Numbered from the whole stretch's first letter, positions 12,574-25,873 are shown. The stretch is 62,703 nucleotides of DNA, filler included, from Circinaria calcarea (GCA_051942165.1; 4 parts of 4 records of this genome joined end to end with filler, not necessarily neighbours in it); one strand, 5' to 3'. Numbers and translations: made by a program. The notes: a model not told the origin generated them from the letters alone.

Positions 12574-13235
12574 CTACAGTTCTCCCAGACCACCTCCTCC
12601 TCCTACATCCCCCACCACCCCTTTCCCACCTAACCTCTTCACCACTCCCTCTTTTAAACCCAGTCTCCTTTCAATCTCTGCCTCATCAACTCCTCTCTCA
12701 TCCCTCAGCATTAAAACCTGTCTTATCATCATCACATCTAGAAACTCCCTTCCCTTGAACCCTTTTCTCCCCGTTTGAGTGAACTCTGCTTCCGCTGCCG
12801 CACTCAGATTTGACCGTGATGTCAGGACCCGAATCGCAGGGTTGGAGGCAGGGTCAGGAAAAATTGGGCCATGTGGGCTCGTAATAGAAGATCGTGCAGG
12901 ATTGAAGGCGGAGGAATTGGATAGGGTTGGGGAAGGTGTGACTGGTCCAAGTGAGCGGAGGGAGCGGGCGAAGTCGGGGTCTGCGGCATCGCGATCTACA
13001 GCTAGTGTAGAGTTAGCTATTGCTTCGTATATCCGGTAATTGAGTAGGTTAGACAGCTACCTTCGTTTCTCGCAGAGCTTGCCGGTGTGTCTGGATGTAC
13101 GGTAGGACCCTGTGAGGCTGGTGGTGGCGGCGCATTGGACGGTGAGGAGGCATGGTTAGGGGGAATGCGCTGAGGGTACTGGCGTTTGGTAGCCCCGACG
13201 GCGGTTTTGGCTACCTTGGAAGATGAAGAGCCCAT
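12574..13235 (-). CDS. Small hypothetical protein with N-myristoylation-like start and C-terminal HTH-like domain
   Basis: MGSSSSK start at 13235; intron 13002-13060 (GTAGCT...GCTAAC...TAG); exon 2 has REFLDVMMIRQVLMLRDERGVDEAEIERRLGLKEGVVKRL; stop TAG at 12574. Confidence 0.72.
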
Positions 13236-13980
13236 GAACAAGGAAATGTCAATCTAGATACTTTTTGGGACCTTTGGTGTTGACTTGCTACAGAGCTAAA
13301 GACAATCTATGGATAAGACAGACGCCGCAATCGCGGGGAGCTTCCGCGCGAACCAATCAATCTCGCTAGGACCATCAACTGGAAAACAACTCGAGACTGT
13401 CCTAGTTAAGCTTGATAAATACTGTACCAGTTCTCTCATCAGGGAGTAATAACGGTACTCCGCCTCGATATGGTATATTAACGCGAATTGCACTAACATT
13501 AGCTGATACATCCGCATTATGGCTATGTAGCTCTGCGTGTTACAACTCCACTCACCACATCCAATCAAAATGGCAGCAGGCGCTGGTACTATAAGCGTAA
13601 ATGTACAAGATAAAGGCAGCTCCCAGTTGGCAAATGGAAGTTTTGTTCCTCACGTCGAGCGAGGAAGGGCCCGTCATTCTACCGGTACGTCCCCGATCGA
13701 ATTTACCTTAACCGTCCAGCGTTGCTAAAACCACATAGGCAAACGCCAAAGAGACCTGTCTATATCGAACGAAAGAACTGAAAGGCGCCACAAAAAACGA
13801 AAATCTACACTGTCGTCGAATAGGACAGAGCGGCCTCCCCAGTCCCGAATTCCTCGTTGTCCTGTGTGCTCATTTCCCTGCTGGTTGTGCCGCACCGAGG
13901 AGAACCCAACAAGCAAAAATAACCACCGGGAAGACACCCCCGATAGCGATAGCCATTCTCAACAAGAGGGATCAGAAACC

Positions 13981-14973
13981 ATGGGTACAATTCGAGCCTC
14001 TTCCACTTCATCAGGCAAGAGAAAACGAAAAGATGGACTGACGTTCATCGGACCGAAGGACAACTACTTCAAGGAGTTCATTCTCATCCCTTGCGGTATA
14101 TTTATTGAAGAAGACCTCGCTCCTTCAAAATCTCAAGATATCCCAGATGACGGAATCACAGAAGATCCTAGTCTGTCTTCCAATTTACATCTTGATATTG
14201 ACATGGAGACTGCGGCCCAGATAAGTGGTCAAATCAGGTTGTATCACCGCCGGCGGTATCACGAAGCAACTTTCACTAAGCTCATAATGAAGTGGCTTGC
14301 ACCGTTTGACGACTATATCAGCGTGACCGGCTCCCAACTGGTCACATCGCTGTGGAGGGAGAGATGGAAGCCAGGCAAGGCTGGGCCTTACGTCTCTTCG
14401 CAGATGGGCTATATATATGACTGGGATATCGAACCTGATACCACATATATGATAGCTTTGAACATGTTTGAACTTCCTTTACGTAACGAGATCTCCGCTC
14501 CTGACCTACAGTGGCTCCTTGCTGAGCCGAGTGGGGTCTCCCCTTATCTCACTTTGGAAATGAAAACCGCAGAGAGATCCGGGAAAGAGAGCGATGCCAT
14601 TCACCAGATTACTACAGCCGCCGCAATCTGGCTGCACCAACGCCGGCGACTAAAGGAAGAATTGCAGGCCAGCGACTTCTCCGACGTTAGGCATTACTCG
14701 ATTGTAATCATCTCGATGACCTATCAAGTCTGGGAAGCGGTCTATGACGGTAGCAGATTTGTGGTTCAAATGATCCATCTTGGCAGCTTCAATAACGCGG
14801 ACGGTGTCATTGAATACGCCAAGTGGAGTAACGCGATCCACAAGTGGGGGTTGGGTACGAACGCGAGGGCTTTCAAAAAGGATGTTCTGGCATTGCTGGA
14901 GAAAAGGAAGGACCGCCAAGCTGAGGACGAGGACGAGGACGAAGGCGAAAACTCATCAGCGTCTTCCCCCTAG
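13981..14973 (+). CDS. Intronless hypothetical protein with PD-(D/E)XK nuclease-like motifs
   Basis: Uninterrupted ORF from first ATG at 13981 (330 aa); motifs IEPDTTY, PYLTLEMK, DAIHQ; NLS-like GKRKRK; acidic tail. Confidence 0.7.
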   Translation: MGTIRASSTSSGKRKRKDGLTFIGPKDNYFKEFILIPCGIFIEEDLAPSKSQDIPDDGITEDPSLSSNLHLDIDMETAAQISGQIRLYHRRRYHEATFTKLIMKWLAPFDDYISVTGSQLVTSLWRERWKPGKAGPYVSSQMGYIYDWDIEPDTTYMIALNMFELPLRNEISAPDLQWLLAEPSGVSPYLTLEMKTAERSGKESDAIHQITTAAAIWLHQRRRLKEELQASDFSDVRHYSIVIISMTYQVWEAVYDGSRFVVQMIHLGSFNNADGVIEYAKWSNAIHKWGLGTNARAFKKDVLALLEKRKDRQAEDEDEDEGENSSASSP

Positions 14974-15665
14974 AAGCTGAGATATGTAAGGGGAACCTTC
15001 TACCCTTCCATGTCCAAGAAATCTTCAGGCGTCTCGGAACATGGAGCTCTACCGATTTGCATCCCGCTTTCCCTTTGTTAGGGGAAAGGAAGGAACGGAT
15101 TAGTTAGCTAACCAATGCCTTTAGGCCTCAAAGCCTGCCTTCGGGCAAGAGATAGAATTAAGCAGTCCTATCACTATTTCTATGATGCGTGCACTCGCCG
15201 GACACCCTTCAGATTCATCTACTTTCACCCGCCTCGTGCTATTAAGTTTGAATCTGTGTTCCACACTTTGTATATAAATGTCTAGGGAACACACCGCGCT
15301 GAGGATCTTGCATCGCTTCTGCCTTCCAACCCGTCTGCCACCATCCACTTGTGATCTCTTTGACCCGTATCTACAGTTTATATAACACTCTCGCGCACAT
15401 AAACCTTTGGATCCTCCCATACCAACAAACGAAACCTTCCCTCATCCACATCCACCACATTTCTCCACTTCTCAATGCCCCGGGTCGATCCCCCAACAAC
15501 TCTTCCCCCTTAGGTCCAACCGACTCACGTCTGCTCTCCCCTTACCTTCTGCTTGCCAAAAGTCCCCAGTGTCGCTTCCCTAACACAGGCACACTCCGCC
15601 CGTCCCTTTTCTATTCCCTCTTTTTTCCTGCCTCCGCTCCCTCCCCCGAATCCACTTACACCTCT

Positions 15666-15765
15666 NNNNNNNNNNNNNNNNNNNNNNNNNNNNNNNNNNN
15701 NNNNNNNNNTTAATTAATTAANNNNNNNNNNNNNNNNNNNNNNNNNNNNNNNNNNNNNNNNNNNN
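15666..15765. other. Artificial contig linker N44-TTAATTAATTAA-N44
   Basis: Exactly 100 bp; core gives stop codons in all six frames; identical to the two other linkers. Confidence 0.98.
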
Positions 15766-18700
15766 AGAAAGTGGTGGTGAGAATTAGTGATGTGAAGGAA
15801 GAATCGACAGGAAAGAGGAAAATCAAGCTTCAATTGGTTTGAGTAGATGCAGTGAGCCTTCTTGCTGGAGTTACTCATCAGATGTTACTGTTTTTCCTGT
15901 TACTGAACCTCTACCAAAGTAACATACCATCATCAAGTCTTCCAAGATTACAGTCGGTGTACTAACCTATCTTCCTCTTCCTCGACCCCCTTTCCCCATT
16001 CCCATAAGTATCTTTTCGTCGACTGTACATGGCGTCACACCGCCTGACAATTCATCTCTCTCCGCTCCTGTCACGTTAGATAGGGAGGACCGGTATAGGG
16101 AGCACCAGTATCCTTCCCGTGTAGCTTTCTCGATGCCCTATATACTGTGGGATTTTCATTGATATACCGCGGAGTACTGGTGTGCGCAAAGGATAGCATT
16201 ACTTGTTGAGCATGCAGTAATGTGTGGTGGCATTCATGCTACGTGAGTGTGTCACTAACTAAGCTATCTATGCAACGAGAAAAGTGCTTTTATGAGGTGC
16301 GCAGGAAGTGTTGAGTATGGACCTCCTAAGCAATACATGTTTCAGTAAGCCCTATGACTTCCAACATTACTCGCTTCTAGGAATCGAGGTTGAACTTTGA
16401 TAGTCGGCAGAGCTAGAGTATCTGTCGTTACCAAAGCACCTATCCTTGGATGTCCTGAGTTGAAAGCTGGGTGGCTTGATTGGATCACCGTCCGTCCAAC
16501 TTGGTTTGCAGCTTTCCTTCATTGTCAAGGTGAACGGCTTACTTTGACTCATTCGGAGATTAGCAAACAGTGGATTGTTTGTCATTGGGGAAATGACAAG
16601 GTTGTGAATTTCGGTTCATGCTCCAGAGTGAATCTCTGGTCAGTCATCCCTGGGGTACATTTTTAATAGTAAAGCCCGGAAGCTTTGAATTCTTTTCTCT
16701 ATCAGAGCTTAACTTCCACAGCCTTTGATCATCCGATCATGACTCTTCCGCTATACGTGATTTGGACTTCCTACTTCTGCTTCTGGTTTTGTATCCGCTT
16801 TCTATTATAGATGATATGAGTTTATAAGTCTCTTCCAGTACACCCGAATACCTCTTTAGCAACACTGATTTGAAAGGTTGTAAGGTTTGCGCGTTTTTGT
16901 TGTGACATGATGCGGTCGAAGCGTGAGAATTTGGAAAGTGTCATTTGCCAGTGAAGAAAAAGGCTAGGGTTATTAATCGGATATAAAATGCATCAAGTGG
17001 CAGTATACGATATTAGAATTAAAAGAATATTGGCGATATTATGTCAGTGAATAAATAATATTCATATGTATGGATTTATTATCTATAAGATCAGTGTCTT
17101 GGCCGATCTCAACGCATCCATCGAGAAGAGGCTTTATTTGAAAGATATCGATTTACATGCATTAAGCGGGAAGAAAGTTGGTACGGAATTCGTGGTTGCG
17201 GTCCAAACACACGAGAGCATTAAGAATACGTTAGACAACTCTTCGTCAAAGCCTCCGAAGGCGCCTTCGAATGCGGCCTTGGGCACATTTTCTTCAGCGC
17301 GGCAGGATGATACAGAAAGGAAAAACGGGTCTCTTATTATATTCAAGTCCCGGATCCCTGTATCTCATCAAAGGAACTGGGGTCATACGCCTTCGAATGC
17401 GGCCTTTGGCAAACGTCTCTCAAACGGGCAGGATAAGATACGAAAGCGAGGACGCCCAAATAAAGTGACACCGAAAGAGGATGTTTAAAGGTTCCACTTT
17501 CGCTGGTATCGATTTGGCAGCGTCTACCAGTATGCCTTAGAAGTATCCACCCTCTTCCATTATTGGAATCTCCACTCGCTTCTACAACCAAGAGCTTCCA
17601 TTTTTTTCTGGGCATATCTAGATCCTTCTACTCCGGAGTAAAGTCCCGGAAGTCCCAGGAGATACCGCGATGTTCCCATCACCAACACCGCAAGCGCCGT
17701 TGCCGACTCCTACTAGTGCTCCAGTCTACCTCTACCAACTTCAGTATCAATCTCACCGACGCCATTGGATCAGGGGTGTCCCTGGACCCTTATAAGTAGG
17801 CCCTGTCAGAAGAACCCGTGTAAGATGAAGCAATTATGCAAAGTAAGTTGTTCCTATTCAATATACTAGCTATATATACTAATAATCTATAGCAATAGCT
17901 TGTAACTGGTGATTTCACCACCGATTGCCTCCACGCACACGACAAGGCAACTCGTGCTGCCTTTGCTCGAGCTGACGCCGGGGAGGATCCGGTGCGCCAT
18001 CCAAAGAAGCATCACACCCAGCGGATTCGTTGTTGGCTGTGGAAATCTGCTGCTGCTGGGCTAGTGTACATTTATACTGTCCGCTCCTATCATACAAGGG
18101 CTGCAGGCACTCACCGTTAGGCTGGCACGCTTACAGGATGCGCTGGCAATGGTCTGGAGGCTTGCCAAAACGGCCGAAAACAAGCGAATTGTTATGACTG
18201 AAGGTGGCGGGGAAACAGCACTAATTGAACGCGGCTTTTCGCTCCATATCTCAGCGATCCCACGAGTGTTCATCCTTATGCTACTCTGTGCACATATCGG
18301 TTGACGGCCTTCACAGCAGGAGTAATTACGCGAAAAGCGAAAGCGGCGAAGGGCGACGCCGATAGCGAGATCAGTTAGACCAACCGGAGGGCGTAGATGT
18401 AGTGGCCAGGGGCGTATTTCAGTGCAGTAAGACGCCTTAAACTTCAATATACTTTCCCGCCCTGCTCCCACGTATACCACTAGATTCAATACGATACAAC
18501 TATCGTCCTTACGGTCGCAATTTTGCAAAATAGAGGTTCATTTTTATCGCTGAATTAAGCGATTCAAATTGAACCTCTATTGGCTAAGATTGCATACGAT
18601 CTTGGGTGGTGCATCGAAACTGCAAGCGTAAAAATGGTCGGGGGATCGGGTTTTGAAGTTCCTCACGTGGCTGTGACTTTCTCTTGGCTCTTATTATTTT

Positions 18701-18776
18701 CATGGTATTACGGATTATTTCCGGGTGCGATAGCCTCCGAGCGCGAAATCCTGCGGCATGCACCTGTAACAGTAAA

Positions 18777-18823
18777 GCATGCACAGTCAGCATGCACAGT
18801 CAGCATGCCTTGTACAGTCAGCA
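18777..18823. repeat. Degenerate tandem repeat of GCATGCACAGTCA
   Basis: gcatgcacagtca gcatgcacagtca gcatgccttgtacagtca gcat read directly. Confidence 0.75.
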
Positions 18824-19402
18824 TCCCAGCCTATCGATTATTGGCTGCTGCTCATGTATGATAAGGAGCAGAACTTTCCTGAACCGTTCCGGTAAAGTTA
18901 AGGTTCGGCCTCAAACGGTTTCTACTATGGTAGGATCATCTTATCGGCTTGGCGTGACGAGGTGTCCTTCGCGAGGAGCTGTTATGGAGCCGACGGACAG
19001 GGATGAGCATCCCATAGCATAGCCCCCTTCTCCTCCATGTTTGACGCATATGGTATCGTCCCGGAACCGCTCGGTGTTATCTTTCCCGGGCCTACTGTGT
19101 ATAATTTAATGTATGCCCTATTACGAGAAATAGGCCGGAAAGCACCTCACCCAGACAAAGAGTCGAGTACGGGTAAACGGTGATGCCAAATTCCGTAGAA
19201 TCTTCATAATTCTGCTTCTCCTCAGTGATCACGCCCGAGTTCCGGACCAAGGAACCTGCATGCTCGGTCTCATTCGCCCCGTATCCTCGGTGACTTTTCA
19301 TTTACGTATCCGACCTTGCCTGTCGGCCATGGTCTCTCAGCCATAATCTCTTATTCCATATGCTAGTGAATGTTTCTTAAAGCTGCTGCTTTCCGTTCAA
19401 TT

Positions 19403-19456
19403 CAGCTTTCCATTGACATCCAGCTTTCCATTGACATCCAACTTTCCATTGACATC
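19403..19456 (+). repeat. 18-bp tandem triplication CAGCTTTCCATTGACATC just upstream of the ABC transporter ATG
   Basis: Copies at 19403, 19421 and 19439 (third has one G>A change); ends 17 nt before ATG 19474. Confidence 0.93.
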
Positions 19457-19473
19457 CGTATCGACAGCGTATT

Positions 19474-22400
19474 ATGGCTGCCTCAGCGCCATGGGGTGCC
19501 CTTCCACAAATAAATCGTCTAGCCAGTACGACCCAAGCTATAATCGAGGATACTTACACTGACCCAAGGTATTCGTCCGTTTCGACCTCAACGGAAGACT
19601 TGTCGACTCCAGAAGCGAGTACAAGGCATGAAAACGAAACAGTGACACAAATCGCAAGACAGCTTACGCAGTATTCGGTCAAGACTGCTGGCGGCAAAGA
19701 CTATGTTAACCCATTTACTGGTACCGATGATCCTCAGCTCGACCCGAGGTCAGATCAGTTCAGTCCGCAGGCATGGGTAAAGACCTTGGTGGGTATCCAA
19801 TCTAGGGATCCTGAACGGTATCCCACCAGAGTTGCTGGGGTATCCTATCGGAATCTTAACGTACATGGTTTCGGGGCTCCGACGGACTACCAGAAGACTT
19901 TTGGAAACTACCCTCTGGGAATTGCCGGCATCTTCAATAAGCTTACCGGCAGAGGCAGAACCAAGATCCAAATACTCCAGGACTTTGAGGGTTTGGTGAA
20001 GAGCGGAGAGATGCTTGTAGTGCTTGGACGTCCAGGGTCGGGTTGCTCAACACTTCTCAAGACGATAGCCGGAGAGACTGAAAGTTTCTACGTTGATTCT
20101 AAATCACACATCAATTATCAAGGTATGTAAAGATCTATGGCTCATACGTTAGCCACCCTCAATGGCTTATTTGGATTTAGGAATCCCCATGCACATGATG
20201 CATAAGGACTTCCGAGGCGAATGCATTTACCAAGCAGAAGTTGATGTCCACTTTCCTCAATTGACAGTCGGACAGACCCTAGCCTTTGCCGCCGAAGCTA
20301 GAGCTCCCAGAAATCGGTTCCCTGGAGTAACCCGTAAGCAATATGCGGAACATCTAAGAGACGTCGTTATGGCCATCTTTGGCTTGTCTCACACACTCAA
20401 TACCAAGGTCGGGAACGATTTTGTTCGAGGCGTCAGTGGCGGCGAGGTGTGTCCGGCATTTTCCATAAGGTTGCTGTACTGACGTACTGGTAGCGGAAAC
20501 GTGTCAGTATCGCGGAAGCCGCCTTGGGAGGAAGCCCCATTCAGTGTTGGGATAACAGTACGCGTGGGTTAGATAGCTCCACCGCCCTGGAGTTTGTGAA
20601 GACTTTGAGGCTGTCCACGGATATGGCCGGGTCCGCTGCCGTTGTCGCCATTTACCAAGCATCTCAGAGCATATATGATGTAGGTGAACCCAATCACCAA
20701 CAGACATATCTACTAACAGACATTAGATTTTCGATAAAGTCGTTGTACTGTACGAAGGTCGTCAGATTTATTTCGGTTACGCAAATGCAGCGAAGGCCTT
20801 TTTCGTCAATTTAGGCTTCCATTGTCCGGATAGGGCGACTACAGGGGACTTTCTTACTTCTCTGACTAACCCAGCCGAACGTGTTGTTCGCAAAGGGTGT
20901 GAGAACCGTGTACCAAGGACTCCGGATGAATTTCATGAAGTCTGGAAGAAAAGTCAAGATCGTGCACAGCTACTCCGGGACATTGAGGATTTCGAAAGGG
21001 AGTTCCCTATTGGAGGAGAGCATCTGGAGAAGTTCATACAATCTCGGGCAGCCCAGCAAGCAAAACGACAGTGAGTCCTATCGCGAGTCTCAAAGTTCTT
21101 TCAAGGCTAATGTATGGTAGACGCACCCAATCTCCCTACACTATTTCTGTACCGATGCAAGTCAAACTGTGCATAAGACGCGGCTTCCAACGACTTCGTG
21201 GCGACATGAGTCTTCCTCTTTCAGGCGGTATTGGTAATACCGCCCTCGCACTAATCATTGGCAGTGTGTTTTACAACCTCCCGGATAACACCGCCAGCTT
21301 TTACAGCCGAGGTGCACTATTGTTCTTTGCCATCTTACTCAACGCCTTCAGCAGCGCTCTTGAAGTAGGTCCACCCAATTTGGAGTAGCCAGCATATGCA
21401 ATAGCTAACATGGAATGTCTAGATTCAGACTCTGTATGCGCAACGACCCATTGTAGAGAAGCAGTCAAAATATGCTTTCTATCACCCTTTCTCCGAAGCC
21501 ATCGCTTCTATGATTTGCGATTTACCGAATAAGCTCTTCACATCAATCCTGTTCAATCTGACCCTCTATTTCTTGACGAATCTTCGGAGGACTCCGGGCG
21601 CATTCTTTACCTTCTATCTGTTCTCGTTCGTTTGCGTCCTCACAATGTCGATGGTCTTCCGAACCATTGGAGCATTATCTCGCAGTCTGGCACAGGCTAT
21701 GGCTCCTGCAGCAGTCTTCATCCTGGCTTTGGTCATCTACGCAGGCTTTGCACTTCCAACTCCAAGCATGCACCCGTGGTTTCGTTGGATAAACTACCTC
21801 GACCCGGTAGCTTATGCGTATGAAAGCTTGATGATTAACGAGGTAGGTTGGTCCCGATTAGCAGCACCCTTCATTTTACTAACCGACCAAAAGTTTCATG
21901 ACCGCCAATTTCCATGTGTCAATATTGTGCCTGCAGGAGATGGCTATACCAATGTCAACTCCGACGAGAGAACCTGTACCACTGTCGGGGCCCGCACTGG
22001 GGCACTTACTGTGGGGGGAGACGATTATATTGGTGCTAGCTTCCAATACTCCCACTCCCATCTTTGGAGGTACGGTTTAACTGAGTAAGTGCAATGGGAT
22101 AGCGCTGATATCGAACAGGAATCTTGGCATCCTCTTCGCTATGATGGTATTTTTCCTAGCCACATACTTGTTGGCTACTGAATTTATAGTACGTGCCATT
22201 GCCTAGCTTACCCTCAATGATAGTCATGCACAGAATAACCAACTCGCCTTACAGTCTGCCCAACGCTCGAAGGGTGAGGTTTTGCTCTTCCGTCGGGGCC
22301 ACGTACCTGCCTTGAAGTCTAAGGATGATGAGGAAACAAATCTTCCTAACCGTCCGACCAACCAAGTAATCACATCTGAGAAGAGTACCAAAACTAATGA

Positions 22401-24670
22401 AGAGGTACCGCCAAGCATTCAGAGGCAAACGGCTATCTTCCACTGGGACGGTATCAACTACGATATCAAAATAAAGGGCGAGCCGCGGAGGTTGTTGAAC
22501 GAGGTTGATGGGTGGGTTAAACCTGGTACTTTGACGGCATTAATGGTATTTTGGTTTCTTCCATGACATATTCCGAGTTGATTAGGGACTAACTGCTTTC
22601 AGGGAGCTTCAGGGGCAGGGAAAACCACGCTACTTGACGTACTTGCTGATCGCGTGACCATGGGGGTTGTTTCAGGTCAGATACTGGTAAACGGACGGCA
22701 ACGGGATAGTGGATTCCAACGCAAGACTGGCTATGTTCAGCAACAGGATCTCCATCTATCAACCTCAACTGTACGAGAGGCATTAACCTTTAGTGGCCTA
22801 CTGCGACAGCCGAAGACTACGCCAAAGAAAGAGAAGATTGAATATGTCGATGAAGTCATCCGGCTTCTGGAGATGGAAGGTTACGCCGACGCTATCGTTG
22901 GTGTGCCAGGAGAAGGTACGAGATTTTAGTCCAGTTGGCGCCTCCAACTAACATCGTTTTTCTGGTTATTCAGCTTGCTGACTTTCATAGGTTTGAACGT
23001 TGAACAACGAAAGCGTTTAACGATAGCTGTAGAGATGGCTGCAAAGCCAGATTTACTTCTATTTCTGGACGAGCCAACGTCCGGTCTCGATAGCCAAACA
23101 GCTTGGAGTATCTGTGCTCTGTTGCGGAAATTAGCAAACAATGGCCAAGCTATACTTTGCACAATACACCAGCCTTCTGCCGTACTTTTCCAACAATTCG
23201 ACCGATTGCTGTTCCTCGCAAAGGGTGGTAGGACCGTGTAAGAGGACCTACTACTTTTAGACTGTATTCGTAGACTGACTTTTGGTGGTAGATATTTGGG
23301 GGATATTGGTCCAAGTTCGCAGACTCTAACAAAGTACTTCGAAACTAAAGGAGCGAGACCGTGTGGCCCAGAAGAAAACCCCGCTGAGTGGATGTTGGAT
23401 GTTATCGGTGCAGCACCAGGATCTCAGAATACCATCGATTGGCCACAGGAGTGGTACAATTCGGCAGAGAGGCAAGAGGTCAAAAGCCAGCTTGCTCAGA
23501 TGAAAGAGAAGCTCGCGGGGTTGCCAGTCGAAGCTGATCCGACAGCATTACGCGAATTCGCTGCACCTTTCGGCACACAGCTTTATGCTGTTACCGAACG
23601 GGTATTTCAGCAGTACTGGCGGACCCCATCGTATTTGTATTCGAAAACACTTCTTTGTACAGTATCAGTAAGTGCATCGGCTAGATTTCGAGTGTCGCTT
23701 TATGCTAACGCATGGTACAGGCCCTTTTCATTGGTTTTTCATTCTGGAAATCCCCGACAAGTCTCCAAGGACTACAGAACCAACTCTTCGCCATCTTCAT
23801 GCTGATGACCATATTCGGTAACCTGGCTCAGCAAATTATGCCTCATTTTGTTACGCAGCGTGCCCTTTATGAAGTAAGGGAGCGGCCTTCGAAAACGTAC
23901 TCGTGGAAAGTTTTCATGACCTCCAACATTATCGTTGAACTCCCTTGGCAGACCATTATGGCTGTTCTGATCTTCTTCTGTTGGTACTACCCGATCGGCA
24001 TGTACCGCAACGCTGTTCCAGCTCAACAAGTCCATGAGCGGGGAGCCTTGATGTTCCTTTTGATCTGGACATTCCTTCTGTTTACATCCACGTTCACACA
24101 CATGGTGGTCGCTGGCATAGAATTAGCAGAAACTGCGGGAAACGTCGCTCAACTTCTCTTCTCGTTGACGTTGGTATTTTGCGGGTAAGCGAGACATCCT
24201 AATCTTCTGGTGAAATCAGAGCCCTATACTAACATGAGAGTGTTAGCGTTCTTGCGGGTCCGGATACCTTACCAGGTTTCTGGATTTTCATGTATCGAGT
24301 GTCACCATTCAATTACCTTGTCGATGGGATGCTTGCTACTGGTGTTGCCAATACCGTTGCCACATGCTCCTCGATTGAACTCTCCGCTTTCAATCCCCGT
24401 AGAGGTCAGACATGTGGAGAATATTTGCAGAGCTATATGAGCAAGGCAGGCGGGAGAATCCTGAACCCGGATGCAACCCAGCGATGCCAATTCTGTCCCG
24501 TGGCCGACACTAATGACTATCTGGTTACTCTCAGCTCTAGTTACGCCCTTAGGTGGCGTAACTTTGGTATTATGTGGGCTTACATTGTCTTCAATGTCTG
24601 TGGTGCTCTCTTCTTGTACTGGCTTTTGAGGGTACCGAAGAAGTCGAAGGGTAAAAAGGAAGGGGCTTGA
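19474..24670 (+). CDS. Full-size pleiotropic drug resistance (PDR/ABCG) ABC transporter
   Basis: NBD1 GRPGSGCST and [26 protein letters not shown]2 [29 protein letters not shown]; (NBD-TMD)2 topology; about 13 GT-AG introns restore one frame. Confidence 0.96.
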
Positions 24671-25873
24671 GTACGCATACGATCTGGGTCCATCTAGCTT
24701 TCAGATTGTTTGGATACTTACGGGCAAGGCAGCACTTGGCTTGCCAGCTGCACGTCTTCGATCCGGGAACTTGGGGTTCTTGGATGATAGGTACATGGGT
24801 ATGTTGCTTTAGAGGCGAGGATGGATACACGGCTGCGTCCTCGGAAGAAGTGAGGTTGAATGATAATGGATTCCTGTATAGTATACCTCGGGTAATTAGT
24901 AACATGAAGCTTTTCTCTTGAATGGTAGAGAATAGATACCTGGAAGGAAATTGGTATTGATCTTAGCTGATAGGCAGGTGGAGGACCCTATGTATACTTT
25001 CATCTTCATAAAACAGCTTCATGAGACGATGCGACTGCTTCTGGAGCAATTGCTATAACAAATAGTTGTTAATTTACGCCTGAGGCGGCCGAGGGTCATT
25101 CGGAATTATCAGGTGGAATCAGGGCCGAAATCAATGGAGATGTTAGTCCAAGATGACCCACGTGTTTTCCATCTGAAATACTTTTAGCGCCTTTCGGCAA
25201 TCTCATACCATACGTCCGTGCACGAGATTCTCCACGCCGTCTTCTCCCTTGTATGAGGTACTCGGTAGATCCTCTGCTTCCCTTCACGCGTCTTGTTGCA
25301 CAATACACGTGCTATCTGCAAAGATGCTTTGTCTTGCTAGTACTGGTGGACGTGTCGTGCCACTTTTATGGATGTCTTCCTCGGATGATCCTACCAATGA
25401 GGATTTGCAGCACACCTTCATGGTTGAATGCCGGGGATTATGCCATCAAGCTTGCACCATTGAGATTACAATCTTGGAATCTCGAGGCTAACGTCCCCAT
25501 ACGCGACGCTACCTTAGTCTACTGCGGTATCCGGCTTATCAAATGTGGCGGAGACCGTAACAATCAAATCAGTCTCTGGACATCGCGCCGGCATACCCTG
25601 ATCTGGATAGTAATGACAACATCATATATCGTTGTCAGCATGTTGTCACGTTCGGAAACTAACTTTATTTGCTCGCAATGTCTACTCTGCGTGTCACGAT
25701 TATCTCCGAATTTCAGAGTGATACCTTTAAAAGTTGGTTAAAATATTCATTTGGTTTACTGTAGCGATTAAGCCGTACCCGCATATCGCATTTTCTGTCT
25801 TTCCCACGCTTTCTCCTCTGGATTAAGTATAGTGGTGTATCGGGCACAGCAAAATAGCTGAAACTGCCTTTAT

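Noticed and set aside
15066..15090. Hairpin CTTTCCC...GGGAAAG downstream of the nuclease-like ORF as a Helitron 3' end
   Set aside because: No CTRR terminus at the expected distance and no Rep/helicase sequence.
15710..15721. TTAATTAATTAA palindrome recurring every ~15.6 kb as a biological periodic element
   Set aside because: Always centred in N runs; it is a synthetic six-frame stop spacer, and the periodicity reflects size-sorted contigs.
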